Below, piece after piece: positions 32,299-43,912 of a stretch of 64,000 nt of DNA. Source of the DNA: Porphyridium purpureum (lineage: Eukaryota); NCBI GenBank assembly GCA_008690995.1, contig VRMN01000017.1, forward strand, positions 124,001 through 188,000, in the 5' to 3' direction. Each line of letters begins with the position of its first letter. Position 1 is the stretch's first letter. The notes below the pieces were generated by a model, which was not told where the DNA came from, did not search any database, and saw only the letters and a list, made by a program, of their open reading frames with translations. Position numbers and translations under genes: made by a program.

Positions 32299-35200
32299 CT
32301 ACACTTCAGTAACATGCGCGGGGGTACGGGCAAAGCGATATATAGAAGGGCCGACCTTGATGAGGCGACTAGACCGGTGAGACGCACGCTTCTGTGTGAC
32401 GACAAGGTCTCGCAAGTCGTCGACGTACGAGCGGTTGATATTCCAGAAAGAGTGATGCGTTCCGCCGACATTTGCCTGCAGGTCGGTGGTGTCAATGACA
32501 TCCAGGTCGATCTTATTGCCGTGAGTATCCAGGAACGGACCCACGCTGAATCCGAGGCTCGGGCGGCCGGTGCATGTCTCACCCAGCTTCAGTGCTGAGT
32601 CGCGCCGGTCTACGTACAGTGTGATGCGGTTGCAATATTTGACCAGCAATGTTGCATCCGTGCGAAACTCGGCAATTTCATAGTCGGGATTCAGGAGAAT
32701 GACGTTACTCAGAGAAAGTTTCTCTATGGTCGCACCCTGCTGCTCCTGCGTGCTTCTGCCGTTACTGGCCATGGCCGACTTGCCATTTGATTTGCTTCCA
32801 TTTTGCACACTAGAGCGGACAGCCGCAATTTGCGCAGGTAGAAGCTCGTCGCTGGTGCGAAGCAGCGGTGCGCATTTTTTCATCGCGTAGAAGAACACGC
32901 GAGCGCCCATTGAATGGAGCATGAAATGAAGGTTTCGGAACCCTGCGTTGTATAAAGACAGCATGAAGCGCACAAAGTCGTCCGCTGTTTGGTCATGCGT
33001 GGCACGGTTGACGGCATTCCAGTAGGTGGTGTTTCCGAGACCAGACGGCCAGTGAAACATCACCGGTTTGACCGTAGGCGGGAGGTTTGCCATTGCGAGG
33101 AACTGCCCAAAGCGGCGAATGATGTCGAAACGTGAATGCTTGAATCCATGCACATAGATGAGCACATCCGTACCCAGCAGCCTCAACCAGCGGTTGTCAC
33201 ACACCAAATTTACCTGATCGTGCGCTTGCCTTACCCGCCGCCTTCTCGCGCGACTTTCTTCTTCTTCGTACACGGTGCTGCCCATGGAATCATCCATCAA
33301 GGGCAGTCCCGTGTCACCTTCCGAGATGCAGTCTGGTTCGGGATCGAACGAGGTGTCATTTTGGTCCTCGTTGGGGGCTTCGCTAGACTGCGAGGACGTC
33401 CTTCTGCGGGGGCGGCCTCTACCTGCGCGACCCACGGCCGAAGGTGCGTCATCCACTGCGCATGTGAGTGAGTCGTTCGTGTTGCTTCGGCGCGTGGAGC
33501 TCTTCTCGCGCAGCGCGGCGGCGGTCATCTCGGCCTTCAAGAGCTCAGCGTCGGAGATAAGAGAAATTTGCACGTCGCGCGGGGCCTCCGCAAGTAGGGG
33601 TACGTATCCAGACACCTCAACGCCATTCCAGGAGTCATTGATGCTCACCGATATCGTCGTGTTCCGCTTAGTATCGTCAAGGTGGCGGTAGAAATCGTCG
33701 AACATGCGCTGAATGCACCCGCAGCTGGCGGCGGCGCCGCATCGGCACGTCTGGGCATCTTGGATGACGCCCACCTTGGGCCAGCCCAGCAACTGTTCGC
33801 CAGACACCACGCACTCGACGCTAGCTACGCCGAAAACTGGCGTCACAAACTTGAGCGCGTCCTTGACATCGTTGTCGTCCATGAATACGATACGCAAGTT
33901 GACGAATGAGGTGCGCGTGTGCGTCGAGTTTTCGTTGCTGCGAAAGGGTCCAACAGGGATGCCACGGTCAAAGTAGCCGAAAAGGTTCTCGCCCGCTGGA
34001 TTCGTATCGATCCACTCGCCCAGCCCGTGCGGCCTGCCTTCGGCCAGCGGGCCTACGTATGTGCAGCTGTACACGGTTGGCGCCGCCAAGGCGTTGCGTC
34101 GGCGCTCCGTCATCTCAATGATGAAGACATGCTCGTAGTAGTCTGCGTCGCCGTGCTCAGCAATAGCAAATTGGTCGCGGATCAGCGCGCGGTCGGCAAT
34201 AGACGAACCGGCGTCACCATATCCTTGCCCCGTGGCGCCCTGCCCGGCGTCCATCAAGTCCACATATTGCTGCGATGTCACGCGGAGTCCCAGCGACGTG
34301 TACGCCTTGGTAAAGTAGATCACATATGGTACGTAGTAGTAGACCGTGACAGTGAGAATCATGATGACAGGCGTAATCACCAGCAGCATGAACTCCAGGT
34401 TTGAAATCCCACCCGGGAACCACGACTTGGAGAAGTACTTTGGGCTCAGAATATAGTATAAATACAAGGAAATCATGAGTTCACCAACCACGTACGGCCA
34501 CACGCCCGAGGTTGACGTCGAAAAAATGTAGGCAATGTACAGCATGAGCGCCATGAGTAAGAGCACATCAAAGTCCGCAGCGGATTGCACGACGCTGCGT
34601 ATTACGACAAAAATAACGTAGAGGGTAAAGTACACCAGTCCCCAAAACATCGAGTAGCTGCTGCGGTCGTACCGCAAAGAGGTTTTGTAACGCTTCCAAG
34701 CGCGCGTCTTCATGTGTTTCCAAGTTTCGCGAATGTGAATTTCGCCGTCTTGTGCGACGACAAAGTTGTTCTTCACCGTCTGGACGCGCTGTCGCAAGTT
34801 GATCTGAAGTCCCTGCAGCGAGTGCCGCGGAGACACGCTGAACGCCTGCGAGTCACGATCGTCCAACCCTTCCATGAAATTCGACTCGTCACTGAATGAG
34901 CCGCGCCGGATGTGCCCAACACCATACTCAGTGCTGAAGCGGTTGGTGACTTTCTCGCGCAGAGTGGGATACAGCGGCTTCTCCGTGATGTTTGTGCCCA
35001 CTTTCGGATTGGTGGGCGGTTCGAATGAGCGCTGTCTCGTGTGCTGAGGTCGTGATGACCTCGGCGAGGACGTGCAGGCCGTGTTTCCTCCCATATCAGC
35101 GGTGTCCTTGGTCGCCACAGCGCCTGCGCCAGCAAAAGCCGCGGACGCGGCAAGGGTTGCCACGAGGTGGTTCACCGATGCGTTTTGTGGATTGGGCATC

Positions 35201-35898
35201 GAGCTGCTCAGTCGGCGATGGTGAGTCAACTCTTCTACCGTGGCTGAAGCATGCGCTGTCGTCGCACTGATCCCGCTTTCTTGAGCTCCTGCCGTGCCAA
35301 TGTTTGAGCCTGGAAATATGGCGCCCTTTTCCAGCATGTTTGCAGAGATCATTTCGGCGCCGACGCGCTCGCTTAAGACGACGGAAGCGTCTGTTGCTGA
35401 GACGGGCGAAGATGCGGACGGCACCTGTCCCGCCGCTGCCGCCGCCGCCGCCGCCGACGGCTGCGGCTGTGCTTCTTGCGCTTGCCTTTCAAGAACAGCT
35501 CCATCTTCATAGAGTGCCGGGTGCGGCTCAACGTTCATCATTGCGTGTGCCGCCTGCTCGCGGCTTCCCTCTGGCACCAGCATGACTGCAGATGGAATCT
35601 GCGATTCAGAAGGACCGCTCTGTACATCGCTCCCAGGATCTATCTCCGCCACGCTCGCAAAAGACATCTGCTCACTCTGACCCAACGCATCCGGCCCACG
35701 TGGCTGTCCAACGGCCCACAGCGGCGCGTTCGTGTCCCGATGCACATCACGCTCAGCACTCGCAGCAGCCGCATTTGAACCCGCATTTGAACCACCAGTC
35801 TCCACTTCCGCGGCCACTGGAGCCGCCGTCGGCGCCGCCGCCGCCAAGGACGACGATGTCGACGGCGGCGACCGCGCGCCGTCCATTCTCCCGCTCAT
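32299..35898 (-). CDS. Multi-TM membrane protein with MORN-like repeats and C-terminal DUF900-like alpha/beta hydrolase
   Basis: About 5 TM helices; YVGPLAEGRPHGLGEW / GYFDRGIPVGPF; LIYVHGF, FHWPS, nucleophile elbow LHSMGAR, LLNPD, HSFW. Confidence 0.8.
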   Translation of the reverse strand: MSGRMDGARSPPSTSSSLAAAAPTAAPVAAEVETGGSNAGSNAAAASAERDVHRDTNAPLWAVGQPRGPDALGQSEQMSFASVAEIDPGSDVQSGPSESQIPSAVMLVPEGSREQAAHAMMNVEPHPALYEDGAVLERQAQEAQPQPSAAAAAAAAGQVPSASSPVSATDASVVLSERVGAEMISANMLEKGAIFPGSNIGTAGAQESGISATTAHASATVEELTHHRRLSSSMPNPQNASVNHLVATLAASAAFAGAGAVATKDTADMGGNTACTSSPRSSRPQHTRQRSFEPPTNPKVGTNITEKPLYPTLREKVTNRFSTEYGVGHIRRGSFSDESNFMEGLDDRDSQAFSVSPRHSLQGLQINLRQRVQTVKNNFVVAQDGEIHIRETWKHMKTRAWKRYKTSLRYDRSSYSMFWGLVYFTLYVIFVVIRSVVQSAADFDVLLLMALMLYIAYIFSTSTSGVWPYVVGELMISLYLYYILSPKYFSKSWFPGGISNLEFMLLVITPVIMILTVTVYYYVPYVIYFTKAYTSLGLRVTSQQYVDLMDAGQGATGQGYGDAGSSIADRALIRDQFAIAEHGDADYYEHVFIIEMTERRRNALAAPTVYSCTYVGPLAEGRPHGLGEWIDTNPAGENLFGYFDRGIPVGPFRSNENSTHTRTSFVNLRIVFMDDNDVKDALKFVTPVFGVASVECVVSGEQLLGWPKVGVIQDAQTCRCGAAASCGCIQRMFDDFYRHLDDTKRNTTISVSINDSWNGVEVSGYVPLLAEAPRDVQISLISDAELLKAEMTAAALREKSSTRRSNTNDSLTCAVDDAPSAVGRAGRGRPRRRTSSQSSEAPNEDQNDTSFDPEPDCISEGDTGLPLMDDSMGSTVYEEEESRARRRRVRQAHDQVNLVCDNRWLRLLGTDVLIYVHGFKHSRFDIIRRFGQFLAMANLPPTVKPVMFHWPSGLGNTTYWNAVNRATHDQTADDFVRFMLSLYNAGFRNLHFMLHSMGARVFFYAMKKCAPLLRTSDELLPAQIAAVRSSVQNGSKSNGKSAMASNGRSTQEQQGATIEKLSLSNVILLNPDYEIAEFRTDATLLVKYCNRITLYVDRRDSALKLGETCTGRPSLGFSVGPFLDTHGNKIDLDVIDTTDLQANVGGTHHSFWNINRSYVDDLRDLVVTQKRASHRSSRLIKVGPSIYRFARTPAHVTEV

Positions 35899-36284
35899 GC
35901 GGCCCGCCCTCTACTCCCCTTCCCCCTATCCACATCCACCGCGCCCCCTTTCACTCCCGCACACGCAGCGCCTTCCACAACGCCTTGTCATCACGCACAC
36001 TCCTCTTTCATCTTTAGACAACATGATGCCAAATATTCCATCTTTAAACTAAACTCATGACAGCATTGTCATGCTTAACGTTAAACATGAAAAATATTTC
36101 ATGATTAAAATAGCAAGATGCCAAAGCAATGGGAAAGACGGCTTTAGCAATGACAATGTAATGCGTGTCATGAATTTGGCGTGTGGGTGTGTGAAGAAGG
36201 CGCGAGGGGCGAGTGAGAAGAGAGGGAGGAGAGAAGGTTGTTGTGGGTTTGAAGGAAGAGGGAGAGACGGAGATAGGGAGGAGG

Positions 36285-36941
36285 ATGGCGGTGGCGGCAA
36301 GTAATGCCGAGTATGCAGATGATTTTGTGCAGAACCAGGCGGCCGACGCACACCATGGGATTCCGGCAATCAAGTTCTTCGAGGATATTCCGGGCGTCGT
36401 CGCGAGCCACGGCGTGCAAAAGTGCCTCGAGCGGCTCAACTTGCTGCATATGAAGTACAAGTTTTGGGAAAGCAAGTTTGTCACGAGTCGCGCCGCGCTG
36501 CTCCAAAAAGTGCCCGAGTTTACTCGCGCGATCCAGACCGTCAAGTACATCGAGAGCGTCAACGCAAAGCAGGCCGAGATCGCGCAACAAGATGGGAATC
36601 GAGGTGCGCCGCAAGAAGAGATCGGCGGCGAGGACGACGAGTTAAGCCGGCAGCCCAGACTGAACACTGTCAACTTTGAGCTCGCCGACCAGCTCTTTGC
36701 GCGCGCGCAAATTCGGCCCAGCTGCGTGTGCATTTGGCTCGGCGCGTCGGTCATGGTCGAGTACGAGTTTAGCGAAGCGATCGCGCTGCTTGAAAGTAAC
36801 CTGAATACTGCACAGTCTTCGTTGCAGGAAATCGAGCAAGATCTCGTGTTCATTCGCGACCAGATCAACATTGCCGAAGTGAATATGACGCGCGTGTACA
36901 ACCATGACGTCAAAACAAAGCGCCAAGCAGGCAAGCAGTAG
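36285..36941 (+). CDS. PFD3: Prefoldin subunit 3 (VBP1/Pac10)
   Basis: GIPAIKFFED, KYKFWE, FELADQLFARAQI, VCIWLGASVMVEY, RDQINIAEVNMTRVYNHDV. Confidence 0.95.
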   Translation: MAVAASNAEYADDFVQNQAADAHHGIPAIKFFEDIPGVVASHGVQKCLERLNLLHMKYKFWESKFVTSRAALLQKVPEFTRAIQTVKYIESVNAKQAEIAQQDGNRGAPQEEIGGEDDELSRQPRLNTVNFELADQLFARAQIRPSCVCIWLGASVMVEYEFSEAIALLESNLNTAQSSLQEIEQDLVFIRDQINIAEVNMTRVYNHDVKTKRQAGKQ

Positions 36942-39653
36942 TGCGCGCGAGTCATTTGCAAGATATAAAGGCTCACCTGGTGCATCTTTGCACACTTTGA
37001 ATAAGATATGAGGCACATGTGCCGCACGTGCGGACTCACTCTGGATTTTTGCACATCTCGCATACTTTCTGTCGAGAAACGTAGATGATCTGTGTGCTTG
37101 CGCACCTGTGCGACTGGTACCGTTTGTGGTTTATCATCCGCTGCAAGCCCGCGAAAGTATTGGGATTCCATCAAAAATGGCAATGTGAGACCCACAGATA
37201 CGCAGCTGCGTGTGAAGCTGGAGCTCAAGTGCCTGGGAGTTTCAAGGGGACCCACGCGACAGAGTCAATACGGGGTACGGTATAATCGCTTATTCTTCTG
37301 GCACGCGCTTTCACGGGACAGGCAATTCATTTGGAAGCATAGCTGCCCGATCAAAACGATGTGTCGCAATTGCGAGGGTCTTACGTTGTCCATCATCGGA
37401 GCTCGACCGGACAAAGTCCGCGGAAGAAATCGTCCTTGGGGCTTGACAGGTCAGGGAAAGTGCACGAATTTAGCGCTTAACAGAATGGCGTGCTGAAGGA
37501 CACAAAGGACAGCTATCCGTCTGCTCATCGCGATTTCGACGAGCAAAGCGCCCGGTGCAGGCAGTAGTTTCTTTTCCGTGGCTCTTGTTGCGAGAACATA
37601 ATCCGACGTAAGGAGAGCAGAAAAAGTGGTTCATTGGGCTGCGAGAAAGAAGAACGAGATGCGAGTGCGCGAAGTTGATGGAGCCCTACGTCTCCGTGGC
37701 TCTGCGTGCTGCTGCGTACTTTAACGATTCCAAGAATGCGGTGGTTGGGTACATATGTGTCGAAATTCTCGTGGATAGCGTGAGATGCCCATCAGATGCG
37801 CTTGTCGGCTGCGAGCACCATTGATATTCGGACGAGTCGACAGCTGCTCTTTGCGACCCACGCATTTCTAATTGGGCTGCAGTTTCGGCACGGTGTGCTT
37901 GCAAATACGAAACCATAAGGACTCGAATAAAACAGTGGAAAGCATAGACAAGCATACAGCTGAATCAGAACACTCCAAGCACTACGAGCTTGGCGCCCGG
38001 CACTCGCGACTCGATCCAGTCCACGTCCGCACGACGCATAACCACCCGATTTCACTTCATTGGGTTGTCACGCGAAACCCAAGGATGCCGATCAACTGTG
38101 CCTTCAGGACTTGTGAGCATTCAGACACAGAACACTTGGTTCCATGGTTTTCCTGACCATTTTGACCAGTGCGTCTGATCTGGTAACTTGGTAGTGTCTT
38201 CTGGTGCTCTCACATGTGCATGAGCGCTCACAAAGTCAGGTGTTTTCGCTGGCGCCCTTTGCTTGGCCTCTTTTCGTCAGTCCCGGCTCAGGATGGGTGA
38301 CTTGATACTCACTGCTGTCGCGTCCACGGTAGAGCTGCTAATCCTCAGGCCGATACGTAGCGCTGAGTTCTACGTTTTGGTGGCTGAAACATGCGGCCGT
38401 GAAGAATAAACTGCAAGGCAGCGTTCTTGGGAGAGCAGAAAGACAACAGCACTGGTCCGAAATTCAGCACCAGGTATGAACAGTTCTGTGCTTCTCGATC
38501 CAAAAGCCCTCAACCTTTACCGTGCCTTTTGAAGAAACGGCGTACTTGTGCTGTTCATCATTGCACCTGCGTAGCCAGGTGTGCTTCTTGAATAATGTCC
38601 ACAAGGCAACAAATTGGTGTGCAGGTCACGGGTCGTTGACCAGAATACATTGAAAGGAAGTCACGCTGTCACGCGGCCACATCAGATACTGGTGAGCTCT
38701 TCCTATCTCTGAAGATAGAAGAGCAGGCTGCGTACGAATCCAAGCAGCTGAATCTTCAGACAGATGAATGGAAGGAGCAAGCTTGGAATACACTTCACGC
38801 GACAGAATTCACCGCGTCGCTCTTCATGTCCGGCCATGAAACCGGAGCAAAGCTGACCGCGCCCCTCGCGCTTGATGTGATTGCGCATCGGTCAATATTC
38901 ACAGACCAAAATGGTTCCATGTATCCTCCACATCGTGTTACCGCCACACTTTGAGCCTCGACATTGCAAGGGCCAGTATTTGTCCAGGCACTTTCACAGA
39001 ACGCGCTCAGGCGCCAATCACGCGCAAGACTGGATTACGAAAATACCAAGAGCGTGGCCGCCGCGGATGGTGTAACGACTTGGAAAAGAGTCACCCAGCA
39101 ATGACATCAGAATCTGTTGTCAGCGAGCATCAATGTCGAGCATCAGGATTTTGTTACTCCCCTTGTTCTGCCTGACACCTTTTGAAGTCTAAAGTCATTT
39201 CCTCAATCAGCGGGCGCAATGACGGATCCGCATTGTCCGCATACGGTATTCATACATGACACCCCATAGAACCTTGCAAGGCCCTCCAGGCAAGAAGTGT
39301 TTTCTCTCACGTCGACTCGCTCCGCCTTGCATGAACCCACTCGTGTGCAGATAAATCACACATGCAACCACACCACTGAAAGATCACAGTGAAAAGCCTA
39401 CGAATCTTAATCAGAATTGACCGAGTCTCTCCCTTTTCTCGGCTGCCTTGTGCACTCATGCGGTCCACAGCCAGTCGCCACATCTGCAAGATACCAGTAT
39501 CTGTGTTCCATATTGCACACACTTTCACCAGTTTGAAACCAATGCAAAACTCATTTACTCAGCGCGCAGCCCCTGCACACAGCATCGCCACCTGGTACCA
39601 CACGCACACTCGTGGGCGTCTGCATCATCACAAAACCAAGTCCTCACAGAATC

Positions 39654-39672
39654 TTTTTTTTTTTTTTTTTTT
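39654..39672. repeat. T19 homopolymer
   Basis: Seen directly, about 260 bp downstream of the minus-strand hydrolase stop. Confidence 0.9.
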
Positions 39673-39932
39673 GTATCTTTCTTTGTTTCTTATTTCCGAC
39701 CGATGCGACATTTCGCGGCCGTTCACACTCATGCACGACGAGCTCGAGAACCACATCGCAAGCGATGAGCTAGTCAGTCGCAAAGCTTGCGCTGCGCGCT
39801 GAGCAGCCGCTGCAGCGACAAGCATCGTGCTACTGTAAGCGGAGGGTGTTCTGTGAAAATCAATAAGGTACAGTTGCTCAACCTGGTCACGCGCAGTGCC
39901 GAGGCGTGAAGAATGCGTGAGCGTGAGCAAGT

Positions 39933-41471
39933 CTAGAGGCCGTGAATGCGCTTCCAGCGCGCGATTTCGTGTAGCAGGCGCTGTGGTTTTTCCTCGGCAG
40001 GACAATGCCCGCACGCCGGGATCACGCGCAGTGTTGCGTTGGGCAGCATGTCAGCGAGAGCGCGCATTGAATCCACGCTGATGATCTGGTCTTCGTTGCC
40101 GCCCACAATCAGCACGGGCTGTGTGACGGAGCACCTGCCTGCATCATCCAAACAGCTCAGCGCTTCGTTGGAGGCAAATGACTCCAGCGCACGAAATACC
40201 TCCAGCAGGCCCTGGTCCCATTGCTCGACCAACATCGGCTTTGCGTACGAGTCCAAGTACTCGTCGGCGTCTGCAAGTTCGTTTACGTCGTGAAATAAGC
40301 GCTCAAGCTGCTCGCGCCGGTCCCGCGGCGTGCTCAGCACTGTCTCAAAGCGCGCACGGATGAGGCTGCGACCAAGTACGGGTACGTCCAGCACACGCAT
40401 CGCCAGATTCTGTACCAATCGCCCGGCGCGGCTCGCCGCGTCATCTGGAGCACCACTCCCGGCACTTCCGTTCTCGCGTTCGCGCTCCGGTGAGGCTCGC
40501 GACGATGAGCGAGGGAGTTGAGCAGCGGGTGCCACCAGTACGAGCGCCTTGACGCGCTCGGGATACATGCTCGCCATGAGCAGCGCAACAGCACAGCCCA
40601 TGCTATGCGCACACAAAATCACCGGAGCGTCACTGAGCCCGAGCCGATTCGAGTCAATGAGCATCTTGAGCTGTTGCACGGAGCCCTGCAAGGTGTACGG
40701 GTTTCCAAAGCTGCGCGAGTCACTCTCCCATTCGCGCGCGGCAGGCCGACACGACAGGCCGAATCCTGGTCGGTCGTATGCGACCACACGCACGTTGAAC
40801 ATATCTGCGAGCGCCGTCTGCACTCGTGCCCACGATACCACGTGCCCCAACATACCATGCAGCAAAATTAAGCCGTCCTCCTGTTTGACCATCGGTGTCC
40901 CTTTTGTCGATGTGGTGGATAACATGCTTACTGACGCGGAGACAGCGTCAGCTATTGTCCGCGAAGTCGATGGGTCAGTCACTTTGCAGTGGATACGGAT
41001 GCGACGCGGAAGGCCCCAGTAGAGAGGCACAAAGTACGAGTCTTCATCCGCGAGCTTGTGAGCCCACATCAACGCGTTCTCTTGAGCCTGCCGCATTCGC
41101 ATGCGCGGTAACGTTCGCACCGTGAACAACACGAGCTCCATGACCTCGCCCCACTTGATCTGCCGCGTGATCTGGCTGCCGGCTCGCACTGCTCGTCCAC
41201 TTCTCTCTGTTCCATCTCCAGCGACAGATCGACCATCAGTCGCTTCTCCAACAGGCGGTCGATACTTGTCGTTCGCATAACTCATGCGCAAAAGCACGCG
41301 AGTCTGCTTTCTCTTCGCCCTCTCAAGGTGCTCTGTGTTCTCATGCCCGGCACCGCGACCAGAGCCACAACCAGGACCATCGCCGCCGAAAACCGAGCGC
41401 CAGTCGACAACGCGTACCGTGGCGCTTGACACAAACGCCGCGGCAGCGTTCATCTCAACCATGTTTGTCAT
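39933..41471 (-). CDS. Alpha/beta hydrolase fold protein, probably plastid-targeted
   Basis: LLHGMLG, AYDRPGFGLS, AHSMG, GNED, CGHCPAEE. Transit-like MNAAAAFVSS; start 41471/41462/41453 uncertain. Confidence 0.9.
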   Translation of the reverse strand: MTNMVEMNAAAAFVSSATVRVVDWRSVFGGDGPGCGSGRGAGHENTEHLERAKRKQTRVLLRMSYANDKYRPPVGEATDGRSVAGDGTERSGRAVRAGSQITRQIKWGEVMELVLFTVRTLPRMRMRQAQENALMWAHKLADEDSYFVPLYWGLPRRIRIHCKVTDPSTSRTIADAVSASVSMLSTTSTKGTPMVKQEDGLILLHGMLGHVVSWARVQTALADMFNVRVVAYDRPGFGLSCRPAAREWESDSRSFGNPYTLQGSVQQLKMLIDSNRLGLSDAPVILCAHSMGCAVALLMASMYPERVKALVLVAPAAQLPRSSSRASPERERENGSAGSGAPDDAASRAGRLVQNLAMRVLDVPVLGRSLIRARFETVLSTPRDRREQLERLFHDVNELADADEYLDSYAKPMLVEQWDQGLLEVFRALESFASNEALSCLDDAGRCSVTQPVLIVGGNEDQIISVDSMRALADMLPNATLRVIPACGHCPAEEKPQRLLHEIARWKRIHGL

Positions 41472-41589
41472 CCTTGCACCTTCATGCCACCTCCTTCCAC
41501 CGGAAATTCGGGTGGGAGTTGCATCTTCGCACGAGCCGCAGCTGCGCAGGAGTCGCGCAAGATATTTTGTCGGGTCGATGAGAAGCACC

Positions 41590-42639
41590 ATGGCAGCATT
41601 CGCGGTAACGAGTAGTCGCGCACGGGCACCGGCATGGCAATATGGGTCACCAGATCACTTGTGTTCTGCATCAGCGCGTGGCACCGCGTCGGTGGATCTC
41701 GCGGCGACACCGAAACGTAGCGTGATGTGGTCTGTGCTTCAATGTCGTGGACGTTGTGGAGCGTCTGCGCGGAGTACAAGCGTGCGTTTGAGTGGGCGTG
41801 ATAGTGAAAAGAGTCAGGATGAAGATTCCGATTCGTACGCGGATACCGGCGCTCCGGACAGCGCGGATGTGACTGGTGCCGATGCAGCGACGCCCAAGTC
41901 TGCAGCGACTCCCGCACGTTTGAGAGCGGGCCTGATTTTGGGATTATGGGGTGCAGCGCTGCTACAGAACATCAGCTTTGCCGTAGGACTTCCTTCTGAA
42001 ACGCTGCTAAACGACCCGGCGGCACAAGCCTTCCTGAAAAACTTATTGGATCCGAGCGCTGTGAACCCGATCTTCTGGGCCGTCTTCAACTTGCTGGGTG
42101 TGTGGCCTGTGATCACGGGTGCGATGGTCGGCCCAGGCAGACACCGCCAGCCGCGTGCATACGCAGCGACTTATGCGAGTTCGTTTTTTATGGGCGCGTA
42201 CGCTTTCGCACCGTACTTGGCGCTCCGCAAGGATGAGTTCCGTCCGGACGCTGCTCGCAACGTTCTGCTCGATGTTGACTCCAAGCCAGTGGGTCTGCTG
42301 CTGCTGGCAGCGTCTCTCGTTTTCCTATATCAGGGCGTTGGGTTTGCGGCATACTCGGCGGAGATTCTCGACGTCGCGGTGTATTCGCAGTGGATCAACT
42401 TTGTTCTGCTCTTCAAGCAGTCTGCGCTGGTGCATTTTGCGTCGGTCGACTTTGTACTGTTCTGGAGTATTTTTCCGATTTTGCAGGTGGAGGACATGAA
42501 GCTTCGTGGACTCTGGCAAAGCGATGCGGTATCGAACTGGGCTACAGTGATCAGCACACAGCTTGTGCCCGTCATCGGTCCGCTGTTTTACATGCTGAAT
42601 CGGCCGCCCATCAGGGCCGCGCGCGCAAATCAAGACTGA
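41590..42639 (+). CDS. Plastid-targeted multi-TM protein, DUF2834-like (cyanobacterial-type)
   Basis: MAAFAV transit peptide; FNLLGVWP, GAYAFAPYLALR, HFASVDF...EDMKLRG, VPVIGPLFYM..RPP. Confidence 0.65.
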   Translation: MAAFAVTSSRARAPAWQYGSPDHLCSASARGTASVDLAATPKRSVMWSVLQCRGRCGASARSTSVRLSGRDSEKSQDEDSDSYADTGAPDSADVTGADAATPKSAATPARLRAGLILGLWGAALLQNISFAVGLPSETLLNDPAAQAFLKNLLDPSAVNPIFWAVFNLLGVWPVITGAMVGPGRHRQPRAYAATYASSFFMGAYAFAPYLALRKDEFRPDAARNVLLDVDSKPVGLLLLAASLVFLYQGVGFAAYSAEILDVAVYSQWINFVLLFKQSALVHFASVDFVLFWSIFPILQVEDMKLRGLWQSDAVSNWATVISTQLVPVIGPLFYMLNRPPIRAARANQD

Positions 42640-42819
42640 GCTGACTGGGTCTGTTTGGGTTCGTTTGTCCGGCCCGTCCCTCCTTTTAAGAAACTAGACA
42701 ATAAGGAAGAACCATATTCACAAACGACGAGAGAAGGTATTCGAGCTGGTGCAGGAGGAAAGCCCTCACTGGACCGCATAGCTTCTCCAGAGATGGTCGC
42801 GGTCCCCCGCCAAGAATCA

Positions 42820-43758
42820 TCACCTAACAAAGAATAGAAAAGTGAGGACACATCCCAGGGCGGCGTGAAGAATGCCGGACAACAGCTTTGCAAAGTACGC
42901 GAGCGATTTATGCTCGACGCTCTGTGCCCGCCACACGTTAAACATGACGAACCACGTAGACACAATAAAGCCAGTGCCCATGGCGATAAGCTGAACGAGA
43001 GTGATGGGTACGATGCACACGAGCGAGGCGACAATGACCGGCGCGAGCGAATAACCGTACACGCACACGGTATTGACAAAGGGAACACTGACGCCCGCAC
43101 ATGGCTGCAACACAAAGAAAACCAGCGGCACGAGGAACACATAGCCATACATGATGCACGCCGCGAGCCACAGGTTGCGAATGTCAACACCAGAGTGTCC
43201 GAGCTCAACGGCGTTGTGCATTTGGAACAAGTTGCGAAAGAACACGGCAATGTTGGCCAGCACGGACAACAGGAGGACGAGCGTGGTGGTCAGCCAGATG
43301 GGCGCGTACAGATCTGGGTCCGGGTTTTCGTCTGGCGCGGCATCGGCGTCTTCGGGGTTGGTGGCCCAGCCGTAGATTGGCTTGCATGGGATGATCGCCC
43401 ACAGCACGCGCATCAGAAACTCGCTCATCGTCAAGTCAAAATACTGCTGATAGAAGCGCAACTGCCACACTTTTGGCTCGCCGCGCGCATCGTCATCGAC
43501 CCTTCTCGCCCACGACGACACGCCCACACCACTGCCTTGACCACCATCCTCCTCATCCTCACTACTCCCAGCGTCGCGCTGCGCAAACATGCGCTTGACG
43601 CGCGACCCGGAACTCGCGCCGTGCGACCGAACCGCCGCGCCAAAACTCATCGACGACGATGACGCAGGCGAGGACATACTGGGCTTTATGTCTGGCGCGG
43701 GCGTCGGCCCTGACGACGCCGCCGCATCTGCCTCAGCAAACGGGTTTCCCTTGCCCAT
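42820..43758 (-). CDS. Yip1-domain protein (YIPF1/2-like)
   Basis: FYQQYFDL, PDLYAPIWLTTTLV, CVYGYSL and five TM helices. Confidence 0.9.
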   Translation of the reverse strand: MGKGNPFAEADAAASSGPTPAPDIKPSMSSPASSSSMSFGAAVRSHGASSGSRVKRMFAQRDAGSSEDEEDGGQGSGVGVSSWARRVDDDARGEPKVWQLRFYQQYFDLTMSEFLMRVLWAIIPCKPIYGWATNPEDADAAPDENPDPDLYAPIWLTTTLVLLLSVLANIAVFFRNLFQMHNAVELGHSGVDIRNLWLAACIMYGYVFLVPLVFFVLQPCAGVSVPFVNTVCVYGYSLAPVIVASLVCIVPITLVQLIAMGTGFIVSTWFVMFNVWRAQSVEHKSLAYFAKLLSGILHAALGCVLTFLFFVR

Positions 43759-43912
43759 CTTCCCATCCCATCCTCTCCGTCTTCTCCTCTCGCCACGCGC
43801 GCACGACCAAAAAAAGGTGCCGCGTGAAATACGCATTTCATTGTCATTCATAAAGCCATAATCATGACAATCTCATGCGAATTACATCAATATATGATGA
43901 CAATGCGATGCG

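Noticed and set aside
36044..37255. 403-aa minus-strand ORF
   Set aside because: Mirror frame of prefoldin 3; no independent coding signal
38040..38620. Fragments vaguely like SF2 helicase motifs (IIQEAHL, LLSSALP, GRGLD) on the minus strand
   Set aside because: Short, stop-ridden and compatible with chance; no Walker A motif found
39654..39672. T19 as the poly(A) tail of a retrocopied hydrolase gene
   Set aside because: No flanking target-site duplication seen, and the genome is intron-poor anyway, so retroposition cannot be supported
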